A DNA stretch of 63,963 bases, filler included, from Bipalium vagum (lineage: Eukaryota), in the NCBI GenBank assembly GCA_037834085.1. It is 3 parts of 3 records of this genome, joined end to end, with 100 filler letters (N's around TTAATTAATTAA, not from the genome) between each part and the next. Parts side by side here need not be neighbours in the genome. Positions count along the whole stretch, not along the records: positions 1 to 24,952 come from JBBMKC010198053.1; 2 more parts are not named here. One strand, 5' to 3'. Position 1 is the stretch's first letter, and each line of letters opens with the position of its first letter. Shown here piece by piece: positions 1 through 12,500 of this stretch. Below the pieces are notes generated by a model. That model made no database searches and was not told where the DNA came from. It worked only from the letters and a program-made list of their open reading frames with translations. The position numbers and the translations under genes are program-made.

Positions 1-253
1 GAACTACAGGCCATAATTCCTTCTGATAAGTCAATTAGTTCATGTTAAGTGACCCTCCAGTATTTTATCGATTTGTTAACTTTTAATTTAAGTCACTTTT
101 AGGGAAACTTAACACATTCTTAATTCACATTTTTGAAATAAAAATTGTTTAAAATTTAAAAATTTCCAATCAAACCAGTACCTTATCAAAATTAATTATT
201 TTTCAAAATCAGCAAAGAAAACTTTATTCAAATTATTAATTATCACCTAAATT

Positions 254-388
254 ATGGATCTATATAAAATGAGACACAAACCGAAATAGAACATTATTAT
301 TTATTTAGGAGCTTTAAGTTAAAATTATAATATGAAATTAGTAAAAGAATCATCTACAGTCTTCTAAAGTCATAAATAAGCACTTTAA
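254..388 (+). pseudogene. Decayed upstream caspase exon (start of p20, YKM..KP motif) with 5 in-frame stops
   Basis: Reads MDLYKMRHKPK*NIIIYLGALS*NYNMKLVKESSTVF*SHK*AL*, then GT at 389. A 50-nt intron joins it in phase 0 to the exon at 439. Confidence 0.5.
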
Positions 389-438
389 GTTATATTTGTA
401 TATATTATATGATATATGATAATAGTCATTTTTTATAG

Positions 439-3400
439 TATTATGAAAACGGTACAAAGAAAGAAATGTATGATACTGCAAGGACTTTTGCAAATATTGA
501 AGAGGAAAAATCAGGAGCAATGTTAGTTTGTTTCATATTAGCTCATGGAGAAAAAGACTATTTTTTCGACATAAACGAAGAAAAAGTTAATCTTCGCGAA
601 TTTAGTCTTCTATTCAGTGCTAAAAATTCAATCGCTTATCAGAATAAGCCTAAAATATTTTTTGTACAAGCTTGTCAAGGAACATCTGAGCATGAAGGTT
701 TGAACATATTTCATTTAATCTTTAATTTTACAATAATTTTTGACATTTTGTTTGGTAAAAGGTTATTAGAATAAGAATGGGTATTGATGACAATATCCAA
801 CCATAAATAGCCACACCTGGAATTACCTCAAAATAAATTAATCATTCATGGTTCATAATCTATCCACACCACAACCATATGTTTTTAATCGAAGTCGCCT
901 CTTTTTGGGATTTTTTGCAGATTCGTCTTTCTGAATCAATTGATTTTTCATATCTTGATTGTTTCAGTTATTCCACTTTTCTTCAATTACACAATTTTTA
1001 TTAAAAGATTATCGTGCGGATTTTGAAAAAATTGACTTAAATATTCAATCACCTACTTCTCTGCTGTGATGTTTATTGGAGAGGAACACTTCAGCAGCTC
1101 TCTTTGATCATGCCCAGCCTATGATATATTATTATTTAAAAATTAAAATCGCCATTTTCAGGAATCTTTATATTATGCTCGATTTCTCTTTTCACTATAG
1201 AAATTTAAATTTGTTTAGATAAAAAATATGCCTTATCAAAAACTGACTTCTCGGAAAACATTGATTTAATAAATTCAAACAAATAAATATAAAATTATAA
1301 TCATTAAGAACCAGCCAAGGTAACTGTCATTTTTCCAAATCGATTAAAGATTTTTTCGATTGAAGATTTTTTAATATAAAGTACTTTACTTATATTTTTT
1401 ATCTATCTCAACAGCTTATTTTCTCTCGTTTGACTAATCTAAATTTTTGTTAACAATTGTATTTTAATCATTTAACAAAAATTAGACGAAAATCACTGCT
1501 TCTAAGTTTTGTTAAACAAAATATAAAAGTACTTTAAGCTAAAATTGATTCGCCTTTAAAATTTTCTCATAAAGATTGGGCGCAATTTTCACCAGGCATT
1601 CTCACTCTACTACGAGATTATATGATTTATAATTATTAATACATTTATTTTTCTTATTTATACATTTATTAATAATACATTTAAGTTTTATGTTTTTGTA
1701 ATAAATTCTTTTACCCATATTATTTTTAAAATTATATAAATATTTTTAAATTTGATGAAGTTAATAGAAGTCATTTGTTAATCATAAATTTTTTATATAG
1801 AGAAGTTAAATATTTGGAAAATGAAAGTATACCCTACCATATATATACCATATTTGGAGTGAATAACACAAAGGCATTAATTTTTTTTTAATTAAAAAAA
1901 TTGAGAATGAAAACTTCAATACCAATAAAATAAAAGCTTTAAATAACAAATTTACTTTTCAAATAAAAACAAAAGAATGTCATAAATGTTTTCAAATAAA
2001 ACAAATTTCAGATTTTTATTAAATATTAAATATTTGTAAATAACGAAATCTAACTCATTAAAAATCCTAGAAATATTTCAGAAAAAAGTATAATAATTAA
2101 CATAGAAATAGAAAACAAGAAAATCCCATTATAAAATTTAATCGAAATTTAGCTTAATTAGAGCTACAAGGGAACAAAGAGAAGATAAACATTAAAAAAA
2201 AATTATTTGGATGTAGTATTTTTAATTTAAATTGTATGAATTTGAATATTTAAGAAAAATAGTGGCATATACATCATGCTTTATTAATTTCAAAATTTAA
2301 CTTAGAAGGTAAAATACATTTAAAATTTTGCTATAATTTGAAAAAATCATAACATTTAACTGTACAAAAGAATGTATTTTTCAAAAAAGTAAAGCAAAAT
2401 ATTTTATAAAGGAATAAGAAAAAGAAATGTTAATATTTAATAATTTTTTAAAATTAGAAAATTCTATTTCACTATCTGTTGCACTAATGCAGAATTCTAT
2501 GGTAAAGAAAGATTAGCATAATATATACGTTTTTATTGTTTAGTATCCGTAATATTGAAGTAAAAAATTGAAAATACTGTGAAATGTGTTTTATAAAACC
2601 AATTTTCTTATTTGATAAAATTGAAATTAAACCATTAATTTTTTATTATTCAGCCGTGAGAAGGATAAATAAAACTGATAATTTTTCGTCGCACGTTCCA
2701 GCTGTATCACCACAATCCGGTCAGATTAAGCCCTCAATGAAAATATATAATTCTTATGATACAATTCCAGAAGAGGCTGATTTCATTTTTGGTATGGCCA
2801 CTACCCCAGATTACGTTGCATATCGGTCTGTGACCAGAGGATCTTGGTATATTCAAGAATTGTGTAATATACTATTAAAGGAAGTTGCAAAGTTAGATTA
2901 ATTATTTAGATAGATTTATAAATCAAGGATTACATTATTTTAAGTTTTGTATTTTTTTAAAATATTTTTATTCTAAGCATTATTTTTAGATAATAGTGTT
3001 TCATAAATATGTATAACATGTTATAAAAATAATCAACTAATTTTGAAACGAATTTATTAATCCAAGCATTTTTTGTACCAAAAATATTCAAGTAAAAATT
3101 GGGTATCAATAAATTTAAGTAATGATTTATTAAAATAGTTCAATTTGCATTCCTTGTCATCTAACATTTCTGTAATCTTGAAAATACAGATCTGAAAACT
3201 TTCTGACAAAGAATTACTGGAATCAGAATAATTACTCCATAATGTTTTCCAGACATTTATAAAATATTTATATTTTTCCAATGATTTATCTTTCATATTC
3301 ATTGAAAAATTTTTGTTTGTTTAAACGCGTATAAATATTTATGAAACACCATGTATAAGTAAATTAAATTGATGATAATATTAGGTGTGTGAATAATTAA

Positions 3401-5450
3401 CCGGAATCCGTCAAAAAACTTTCACAGTTTTAAAATGCTTGGTAGTACATAAATATTATGTATGATATTTTAAATTATCAAATTTAAATTTAAGAATGAA
3501 TTGTTTAAATATTCTTCTTTCGTTAATCTAGGATGCAAAATTTTGAAAATTGGAGAAAAAAGCAGCAATTACGGGAAGTTTTGTTATCGTACTTTTTCTC
3601 CAAGACGACCGTTGTTAAGAGTCACTGTTTATTAGAGGGAACATATGGGAAAGATGCTTTCTCAAAAACACAATATTTTAAATGGTTTCATTGGTTTAAA
3701 AATGATGATTTCAACATCAAGGACTATGATAGAGTTGGGCGCCAAAAAATTTTTATGATGAAGCATTGAAGACATTGCTCATCCAAGATTTATGTCAAAC
3801 ACGAAACCAAATGTCAATATTAATGGGAGTCAATCTTTCTATCATGACCAAACTTTTACAAGCACTCAAAATCATTCAGAAACTAGGAAGACGGGTGCCA
3901 TATGTGTTGACACAGAGAGATGTAGAACGTCGTTTGTGAAAAATGGTTTTAACGTCAAAGACGAAAATCTTTCTTGCATTTCATTGTAACAAGCGATGAA
4001 AAATATATATACTACAGTTATACTAAGCAAAAAAGATCGTGAGGAGAGCCCGGCCATACTTCTACATCGATGGCCAAGCGAAACATTTACGATCTAAAGG
4101 TGGGATCAGTTAGATATACTATATTATGACTTATTACAACCAAACGAAAAAATCAAAGGAGATCGCTATTAACCCCAATTGATGCCTTTAAGCGAAAGAA
4201 TAAAGGATAAGAGGCCATATTTTGTCGAAAGGCATGGTAAAATTATTATGTTACATGACAGTGCTCGACCGCATATTTTGAGACCAGTTAGTACATACAT
4301 AGAAACCCTTGAATGGGAAATCTTACCTCACCCAACGTGTATCCCTGATATCGCTCCTTCGGATTTTGACCTGTTCTGTTCCATGTAGCATAGTCTAGGT
4401 GACCATCAGTCTCTTTCTTATGATGACACCATAAAATAAGTCGATTCTTAGGTCTCTTCAAAAAATCAAATATTTTCTCAAAATGGAATTCGTAGCCTAC
4501 CTGAAATCTGAGATTAAGTAATGACAACTGATGGACAATACTTCTAATAAAAAATGTGTTTAATTCCTATAATAAATATTATTAACTTTTGTTTTTTCTT
4601 CTAAATATTTCAAAAATTCCGGTTTTTATTCACACACCTAATAATATGGATATAAAGATCTATCAATTTCCCTTTATTTTTTAATAGAAAAATTTACAAA
4701 TCTAAAGATATATTATAATTATTAATATAGTGCGCAAAATAAGGATAGCCTTAGTGATGTATTTTCTTCTTAAATTTTAACAAGGTGTTATTCATGTTGT
4801 TGCAATTTTATATCCATTATATGGTAACTTTGATGTAAAAAAGTATATATTAGATTTGATTTATAAATTTAAATGCGAAATAATAATAGCCTCAGTATAC
4901 ATTTAACAATCTGTAACAAAAATAAATAATTCTTGTTCTTTAACTTTAAGTATTTTGTGATTTAATAAAAATTATTCTCATTTTGACTCATTTATTAAGT
5001 ATAAGAATTAATTCCGTACGCTTATTTTACACCAGATCATTATGATGAAACAGTTACATATAAACTAATCAAAGTATTTCCAATTGTTTGAAAATATTAT
5101 AAAAGATTAAAAATAAAATAAAAAATAAACAAATCTAAACTTACTTTTAAAAAAATCATTTAAAAATTTATTTGATATAAAAATCAAACCGAATTAATTC
5201 ACACATTATATATAAACAAGTATAAAATGTATATGTTTTTTCAAATTAAAATAATCCGAAATTTATGTTTAAAACGAAATTTATGTTTTAAACAAGTTAT
5301 CATTTTTAATTTTATTTTAGGACAGATATTCTAAGCATTCTGACAATTGTAAATGGTAAAGTATCGAAAAAACAATATAAAGCAAAATGTCAGATGCCTT
5401 CGGTTTACTATACGCTAAGGAAAAAGTGTTTTTTAAAAAAACAAAATTGA
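439..5450 (+). CDS. Caspase, QACQG (caspase-8/10-like) catalytic domain; 3 intact exons
   Basis: Exons 439-697, 2654-2891 and 5321-5450 have AG/GT boundaries and matching phases (1, 2). Translation has CFILAHG (catalytic His), KPKIFFVQACQG (catalytic Cys), TIPEEADF..MATTPDYVAYR..GSWYIQEL and QMP..YTLRKK, ending at TGA 5448-5450. N-terminus uncertain. Confidence 0.92.
790..1150 (-). mobile_element. Highly decayed mariner transposase remnant in caspase intron
   Basis: Minus strand gives KHMVVVWIDYE, resembling the mariner K.M..vWWD..G motif. No intact ORF or TIR seen. Confidence 0.35.
3381..4641 (+). mobile_element. Full-length but frameshifted mariner (DD34D) element in caspase intron
   Basis: TIRs ttaggtgtgtgaataattaaccggaat / attccggtttttattcacacacctaa, each flanked by TA; ~1.26 kb. 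Transposase fragments QLREVLL, RVPYVL (WVPHEL-like), LHDSARPH, PDIAPSDF. Confidence 0.93.
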
Positions 5451-5859
5451 TTATTTGTATATTTTTTTAATAAATTTTAATATTTCATAAAAGTTCTTTT
5501 CAATATTTATAAAACATATTTTTATATGTTATACTTATACTATATACTTTTTGAGGCATGAAGTAAGGTTATATAATTTTAATTTCTTAATTTGAATTGT
5601 ATTTGTAATTTTTTATAATTTTTTCAGTGTTTAATATAGTATTTAAAAATTAATTCTGCCTTTTCATTCCATCTACAATTAAATGCGTTCCTTCCATAAT
5701 GACTTAATGTTGCACCTACAAATATAATAATAATATAATATAAATATCAATAATATAAAAAATACGTAAAATTTTTCTTAGTATAAATCATTAAAACAAA
5801 CTTCCAAAAATTAAACGTTTATCTAAAATGTCATTTAATTATACTCCTTTTCTAGGAGA

Positions 5860-6110
5860 GAAAGACTACAAAATAATTCTTACAGTTATTGATTTATTTA
5901 CAATATATGCTTTTGAAATTTCTCTAAAATATATAACAGGAAATTATGTTACAAATTATTTAAATATTTTTTGAAAAATTGTGGTTTGATAGGGATATGG
6001 CATTTTATACTAAAACATTTGAAAACATTTGTGATAAAAATGAAATAAAAATGTACTCAACAGAGAATGAAGGTAAAGCAGTTGCTATTGAGAAATTCAA
6101 TAAAACTATT
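5860..6110 (+). mobile_element. Polinton/Maverick-type retroviral-like (rve) integrase remnant
   Basis: YKIILTVIDLFTIYAFEISLKYITG followed by WFDRDMAFY..IKMYSTENEGKAVAIEKFNKT, matching the D, D, E regions of c-integrases. Confidence 0.65.
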
Positions 6111-6336
6111 TTAATAAAAAACAATTTTCTTGGAGGAATTTATGGAGATAACCGTCTTCTCTTATAGTTGTAGAGATTGGTCTGGGTGGCTTTTAATTAT
6201 TGCATATTATTTTGAGCAGGTCCCATCACCTGGTGATTACTGATATGAAAGTTGTATTAATATAATTTTAATCCTTATTGTATTGATAATCGTTTATAAA
6301 TATAGATTGCTTATTTTGTTTATAATATTGAATAAA

Positions 6337-7042
6337 ATGAAATCTAATCCTCTTCGGACTGTTATATCGGAATTATACAAACAAAGAAAGTCACAGTCGG
6401 CTACAGTAAGACTGCTGAAAGTTATACAATCAACAGTCTCGCGGCCAATAAAGAGGTTTCTAAAGCTTAGAACTGATTCAGACCGTTCTGGAAGATGCAG
6501 AAAAGTCATTACTACTACTACTACTACTACTACAAGAAACATACGGGAACGCATCAGAAAACACATTAAGCACAATGTAACAATTTCGAAGCGAACTTTA
6601 GCAAAATCAATGAATATGATGAAGATGATGAAAAATCGATTGGAAAAATGTAAGATAATGTTGCAGTTGACTTCACAGGGCCGCCATAAATCGAAATTGT
6701 TTACAGATGAAAAAATATTTACGGTAGAAGGCTGTCGCAACACACAGAATGACAGACAATTGCTGAAAAGGTACCAAAGACCGCGCATTTGTAATGCAAA
6801 GTCGTTTTCCAAAATCTGTAATGGTTTGGGGTAATATAACGGGTTCTGGCATAACTCCTTTGGTCTTTGTAGAAAGTGGTGTAAAAATGAATGCAAGAAG
6901 ATATCAGGAAGACATATTGAAAGCTGTATTATATCCTTGGGCTGAAACACATTTTGGTGAAGACAACTGGTCATTACAACAGGACTAGGCTACTTCACAT
7001 TCTGCTCAAGCACTATTGCGTTGTGCCAAGAACTTTTAATTC
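6337..7042 (+). mobile_element. Tc1/mariner DD37D (maT)-like transposase remnant, 3' truncated
   Basis: N-terminal HTH region, then LFTDEKIFTVE, PKSVMVWG..GITPLVFVESGVKMNA..Y and WSLQQD*ATSH; frameshifted. Confidence 0.8.
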
Positions 7043-7044
7043 TA

Positions 7045-8345
7045 CCGGGCATTCAAGTTAAAAGTTCATAAATACAAGATTGTTCAAACTTCCTACAGAT
7101 AATGAATTCATGAAAATTTTACATTTTCATAAAGATCAAAAATGCGGATTTATTTTTTTAACTAAGTTGAATTACAAGATATGTTGTATTTTATCAAAAT
7201 AGTTACAAATATGATATGTACATAAATCATATTTTTATTCGAAGTGTCCACCCTCATTTTCTAAACATGCTTCCAGCCTATGAGTGATATTTTCCACGGC
7301 TTCTTGAAGGTTTATTTCTGTCCTAATCTGTACAGCTTGGATGATACGTTCCTTCAGTATTTTATGACTATTTGAGCGATTGCAGCCTGGATAAACTTTT
7401 TCTTTCAAGAATGATCAAAACCAGAAATCCAGGGGTGTTAGATTTTATAGTTCCGAATTTATAGTCTGATTATTGCCATTATCCTCAAAGAAATATGGTC
7501 CAATAAGAAAGGAAGACGACATCGCAATGAATACGTTGACCTTTGCCGAGAATGTTGATTATTCAACCACATTATTGGGCTTTGGCGTCCCCCAAAATTG
7601 AAGATTGTGTCTGCTCATCCATTCATTGAGATTGAATGAACATTCATCACTCCATAAAATTCGGGATAGAAATTTATCATCCTTGGATATATTTGACAGC
7701 ATCCGTTTGCAAAAGGCATAACGATTTACCTTATGTTTTTCTGAGAGAGACTGCCCAATTGTGACTTTATAGGGAAATAATTTCAATTCACATCTGAGAT
7801 ACGTGTGAATTAATCCAATAGAGGAACCTGAAGCAGAACTCAGTTTCCATATTCTCGTAGATGTTCCCTCTGCTTTCATCTGGTGTAAAACAGTATTAAT
7901 ATCCTTTCGTTTCTCTTCTGAAGCTCTAGCAGATCGCACATTGTGATCTTTATTAATGAAACAAGTTTGCTGGAATCTAAAAATAATTTTTCTTATTTTT
8001 TGTACTGAAGGCGTGTCACTTTTTCGTTTTATTTTTTTTCGGTTGAAAATTTTCTCTGAGTTTTGACGAAACTCTCAGTTTTAAAAAATAGCTCTACCAG
8101 CCTAATTTTATCCGATTTTGATAATATTTAAAGCATATTTAAAAATAAAATATAATTTTAAACAAGTACATTTATTTATTTTCATTATTTCTGCATTTAA
8201 ATAACATAAGTTTATATACATATAAAGCAGGATTTACTAAATCTGCAATAAAGGTTATTGGATCAAATAAATTTATTTTCAATAAAACTTTACAGAATAA
8301 AAAATATTACGCTTTTATTTATGAAATTTTAATTTGAACACCCAG
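7045..8345 (-). mobile_element. Tc1/mariner DD41D (rosa)-like element, decayed
   Basis: Imperfect TIRs (ta)ccgggcattcaagttaaaagttcataaat / atttatgaaattttaatttgaacacccag(ta). Protein pieces LKLFPYKV, ILWSDECSF..HNLQFWG, LTPLDFWF..LKEKVY. Confidence 0.85.
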
Positions 8346-9565
8346 TATAACAAACTTTACATTGATTGATAAAAACAATAGTGGAGAAAATTTGGATAGA
8401 TTTCAGAAAAGAAAGGAGATACATGTTATAAAACTAGAAGAAAATTATATAAAAATAAAGTTTTCATGTTTCCATTAAATGTAATGTTTGGATTTTTAAA
8501 ATATTATAAGAGAATGATTTTTAATGTCCAGAGAATAAGATGTTATAAAAACAGGAATTAAAAAAGAAATATTTTTCGAACTAAAAATGCAGAAATAAAA
8601 TTAATAGATGACTATCTATTCCTGAATTAACTTTAAATCTTTCATCAGAAATAAATTCTGTAATGGTACTATGTGGTACTACAAAAACATTACAATTATA
8701 TAATATTCATAATACGCATATTTATTTATTTATTGTTTTACATAATCAGATTTTGATCTTACAAAAATTAATAGGTTACTTATACAAAATAAAATGAAAT
8801 GATTGGGGATACAAGTGAAAAATTCTTACTATCCTTTGAATCTTATTAAATTTAAAAAATAAAATAACATTTTTATTAGTTATATATAATCTTGTGAATA
8901 TTTTGTAAATGATTCACAATTAAGTTTATTGGAATTTCAAAATTTACATTCCATATTTTGTTTTTACAGAAAATTTATGTATTAATGTCGCAGTTCAACT
9001 AAACATTTAAAAAGAAAGTGCATTTAAATAATTTGTTTTATTACAAGAAAAATTTTTTGGAAATTAAAAAAATAAAACCTAATATTAAAAGAGTAAAAAT
9101 GAATATTGCAGAAGCTAGGCTAAAATAATGTTTAAATAAATAGAAATATTTAAAAAATATAAAATTATAAGGGTTCAGTTATTTAAAAAATTTAAAGTCA
9201 GTTAATGGTTGTCTCATAAATTGAATGACTTTCAGAAAAATTGTTAAAAATATGTTCTGAGCATAAAAGACCAAATTTTCATCCATCTTGGACCTGTGAT
9301 GCAAAATAGATTACATACGAGAGATAGAGACCGGTATCACAGTATATTCGCAAAAAAACGCGATGAATATACGTACCCGGCTCCAACAGCTTATTAACAA
9401 AAGAGATTTTTAACGAAAAACCCTAACATTTTATAATACAAAAATATATTCATTTGATATCCTTAAATATTTTATTCTTTGATACAGATAGTACATTTAT
9501 GTATTATTAATTTCAAAATAAATGTTTTACAAAATATGATATTTTTATTTTTGAAATAAAATAAT

Positions 9566-12500
9566 TCATTTCTTATTGAATCCTTGTTCAATAAGAACTT
9601 TTTGTTCTGGTGATAGATATCTAGGAAATTGAATATTGAATTTGATGATTAAATCTCCTTTCTCATCTCCAATTTCAGTAAGCGGAACTCCTTCTCCTTT
9701 TACAGTCATTATGTAATTGGGACTAAGAATATACGAAGATAATTTCCAAATTAATTGAAATTTAATTTCTTACATTTGCAATTTTGATTAATAAATCTTA
9801 AACCTTTTTATAAAAAATGAGCTAAAGTAGTCATTTCTACCTTAGTCTTGTGATGCTCTATGAACTGGGAAAAATGAAACAGTTGAAACCGCAATTGAAA
9901 AAAGGGTCATGCAATTAAACGAAAGGAACAACCCGAAGCAGGACAGCACAATAACAAATAATGAACACAGATTTCTAAACAAAGAACCTGTAAATTATAG
10001 AAAGGAATCGGAAAAATAGTTAGAAACTTTTGTTGGGACTACAGGGCTATTATTTATTATGAACTTCTATTTTGAAATAAAATAACAGTGAAAAAGATTT
10101 TGAGAACAGAAAACAAGATTCGAAAAACTTAATCACTCATAAATATAAGATTTAACCAATAGAAAAATAAATAATCTTTAACCACTGCAATTCACACTAA
10201 GCACACTAAGCACACTTTGTTCTCGATGGAGCAGATCGAGAGAACAATTTAAACGAACTGATCGAAAATCTAAAGTCAAGTAGTACTTTTCCAAAAAACA
10301 TAAAATTCATTAATGAAAAAATTGTCATATGTTTTGAAGAAGCGGAGGAGATCAAGAATGCCATAATAATCAAGCCGTGTATCAGATTTGCTATTCAAAA
10401 TTAGATAAGTGAATTTTGCAGAAATCTCAACAAAATACTGAATTTCAGCAAATACTTGGAATGGAAAATGATAAACAAAGACTTATTGGGTAATCTTCTA
10501 TATTAAATATTCGTTCCTAACAGAAAACACGCTTTGCAACTCTTTTTTAATATCATCAAAGGAAAACTGTGAAATTGTCATGTCACACTTGAAAGATAAA
10601 ACCAATTAGTGGGGTTCAGAACTGCTATCTAAGATGAACAGCAATTTTGCTGTAGCAATGACAAGCAAAAGCGCTTTAAATGAGTTGAAACACTAAACTA
10701 ATTGATAATTGTAACGATATAATCACCTATGAAATGATACTGAAAATCAATTCACACAGGATAAACAAGAACAACTGGAAATCATATACAGGTTAAGAAA
10801 CTCACTATATCTCTACAAGGCGGAGAATGAAAACGATATAAAAAATATCAAATTCATATTCAATTTGAACAGCGAAAAACACAAATCCTTGTTATCTTGC
10901 AGTAGAAAGTTTTGGATAGGTAGAGGGTCTAAGCCTCTTAGTCTTAACTCACTATGTGCATGTGCATCAGTTGTAATTGATTATCTTATAGAGTCCCTCA
11001 CAAGATACTGCAGCGAATCAAAGGAAAAATTTACTTATTACATCCCTCAGCCTGAAATCAATAGAAATGAGAATATTGTGAATCTGAAAGGAATCCCAGA
11101 AACCTTAATTTTAAGACCAGTAAAAAACTAAGCCAACCGTGCGAACGAGAACAAACAGCAATTCAATGATTACCTCTGCCCCAAATGTAGTAATAAAATT
11201 ACTAAAGTGTTAATGGATAATGTCAATTTATATCTGTGTCGAGGTTGTTTGAATAATTTAGTCAAAGGTAATGAAACGGAAACAACTATCAATTGTGATG
11301 GTTCAATTAATGAAAACATAAAAGAGATTTAAAAATTACAAACACTTTCTAACGACCAGCCGATATCCTATAACACCAGAGCCAACAAAGGCCAAAAAAT
11401 GTTAACACCAAAACACCTCAATGAGGCCAGTGTTCACGCCAGTTCGCGACTCAGTTGATAAATTTGATTTAACTGGTGTAGACTGCACATCAATTATTGA
11501 AACTAAAAATTCGACTTCAACTATGAATGATTATATCTCATGGTTCACAGATATTGAGATTGATTATTTTCAGTTCAACAAGTTGACAAGGGAAACAGAA
11601 TTCGGTATGAACCCGGTAATAGTAATGGTTTTAGTATAAAGTTCAATTGAAGAACCTGCCCAACTGCCTTCTTCTGCTTTCCAGGATAATTTCATATTTT
11701 TTCCATTGAATATCATCAATAAGCACTGGTTATTGACCATATATATATATATGAAATGCCTTCCTACTTAATTATATATTGGTCCATTAAAACCGGCTTT
11801 CATGACAGATTTTAAAATTCGTCTAGTTAATCGACTAGGAGTGAGATTGAACAACATTTTTCAGTTACAAGCCATCAATCTAGAAAACCCGCCATATAAA
11901 TTACCCTAACAAAATAATGGTTTTGATTGCGGACCTTTCATTTACGCATACACAATGTATACCTCAAATATTAAAGTCGGCAAAAAGATTGAGATCAAAG
12001 AAACTACAATGAAGGACATCAATGAGTATAATGAACACAAATATAAATGAAATTGTAGTAAATATCGGACTTTGATAATATACACATCAATAATTTAATT
12101 ATAGTTATTTGGTAAAAATATTATATTGGTGAATGAAAATATTATTATTTTTTGATTTCATTGTGCATTATTTTATAATAATTAATAAAAAATAATTAAA
12201 TTGCTAAAATGACTTGTCAGAAAATCGATTTTTCATTACTTCAGCACTTAAATCTTACTGCACAATATTATTGATTTGAATGTGTAACACTCGATCATCC
12301 AATGTATTGATATCTATTATGCCCCCAAGAAGAGCCTGTGCTAAATTTATTTTAGTTTCACAAATGAGATTGTGTTTTTCTCTGTAAAATCTGGGATGGG
12401 GTCTGTCTTTGAGAATGAATACCACATCCGCTAAAACAAATATCAAATCACCATTTTCAAAAATTTTGAAAATTGGTAAAATAATTGACTTTACTAAAAG

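Noticed and set aside
6294-6974. 226-aa minus-strand ORF
   Set aside because: Antisense shadow of the DD37D transposase; the poly-V comes from an (ACT)n microsatellite.
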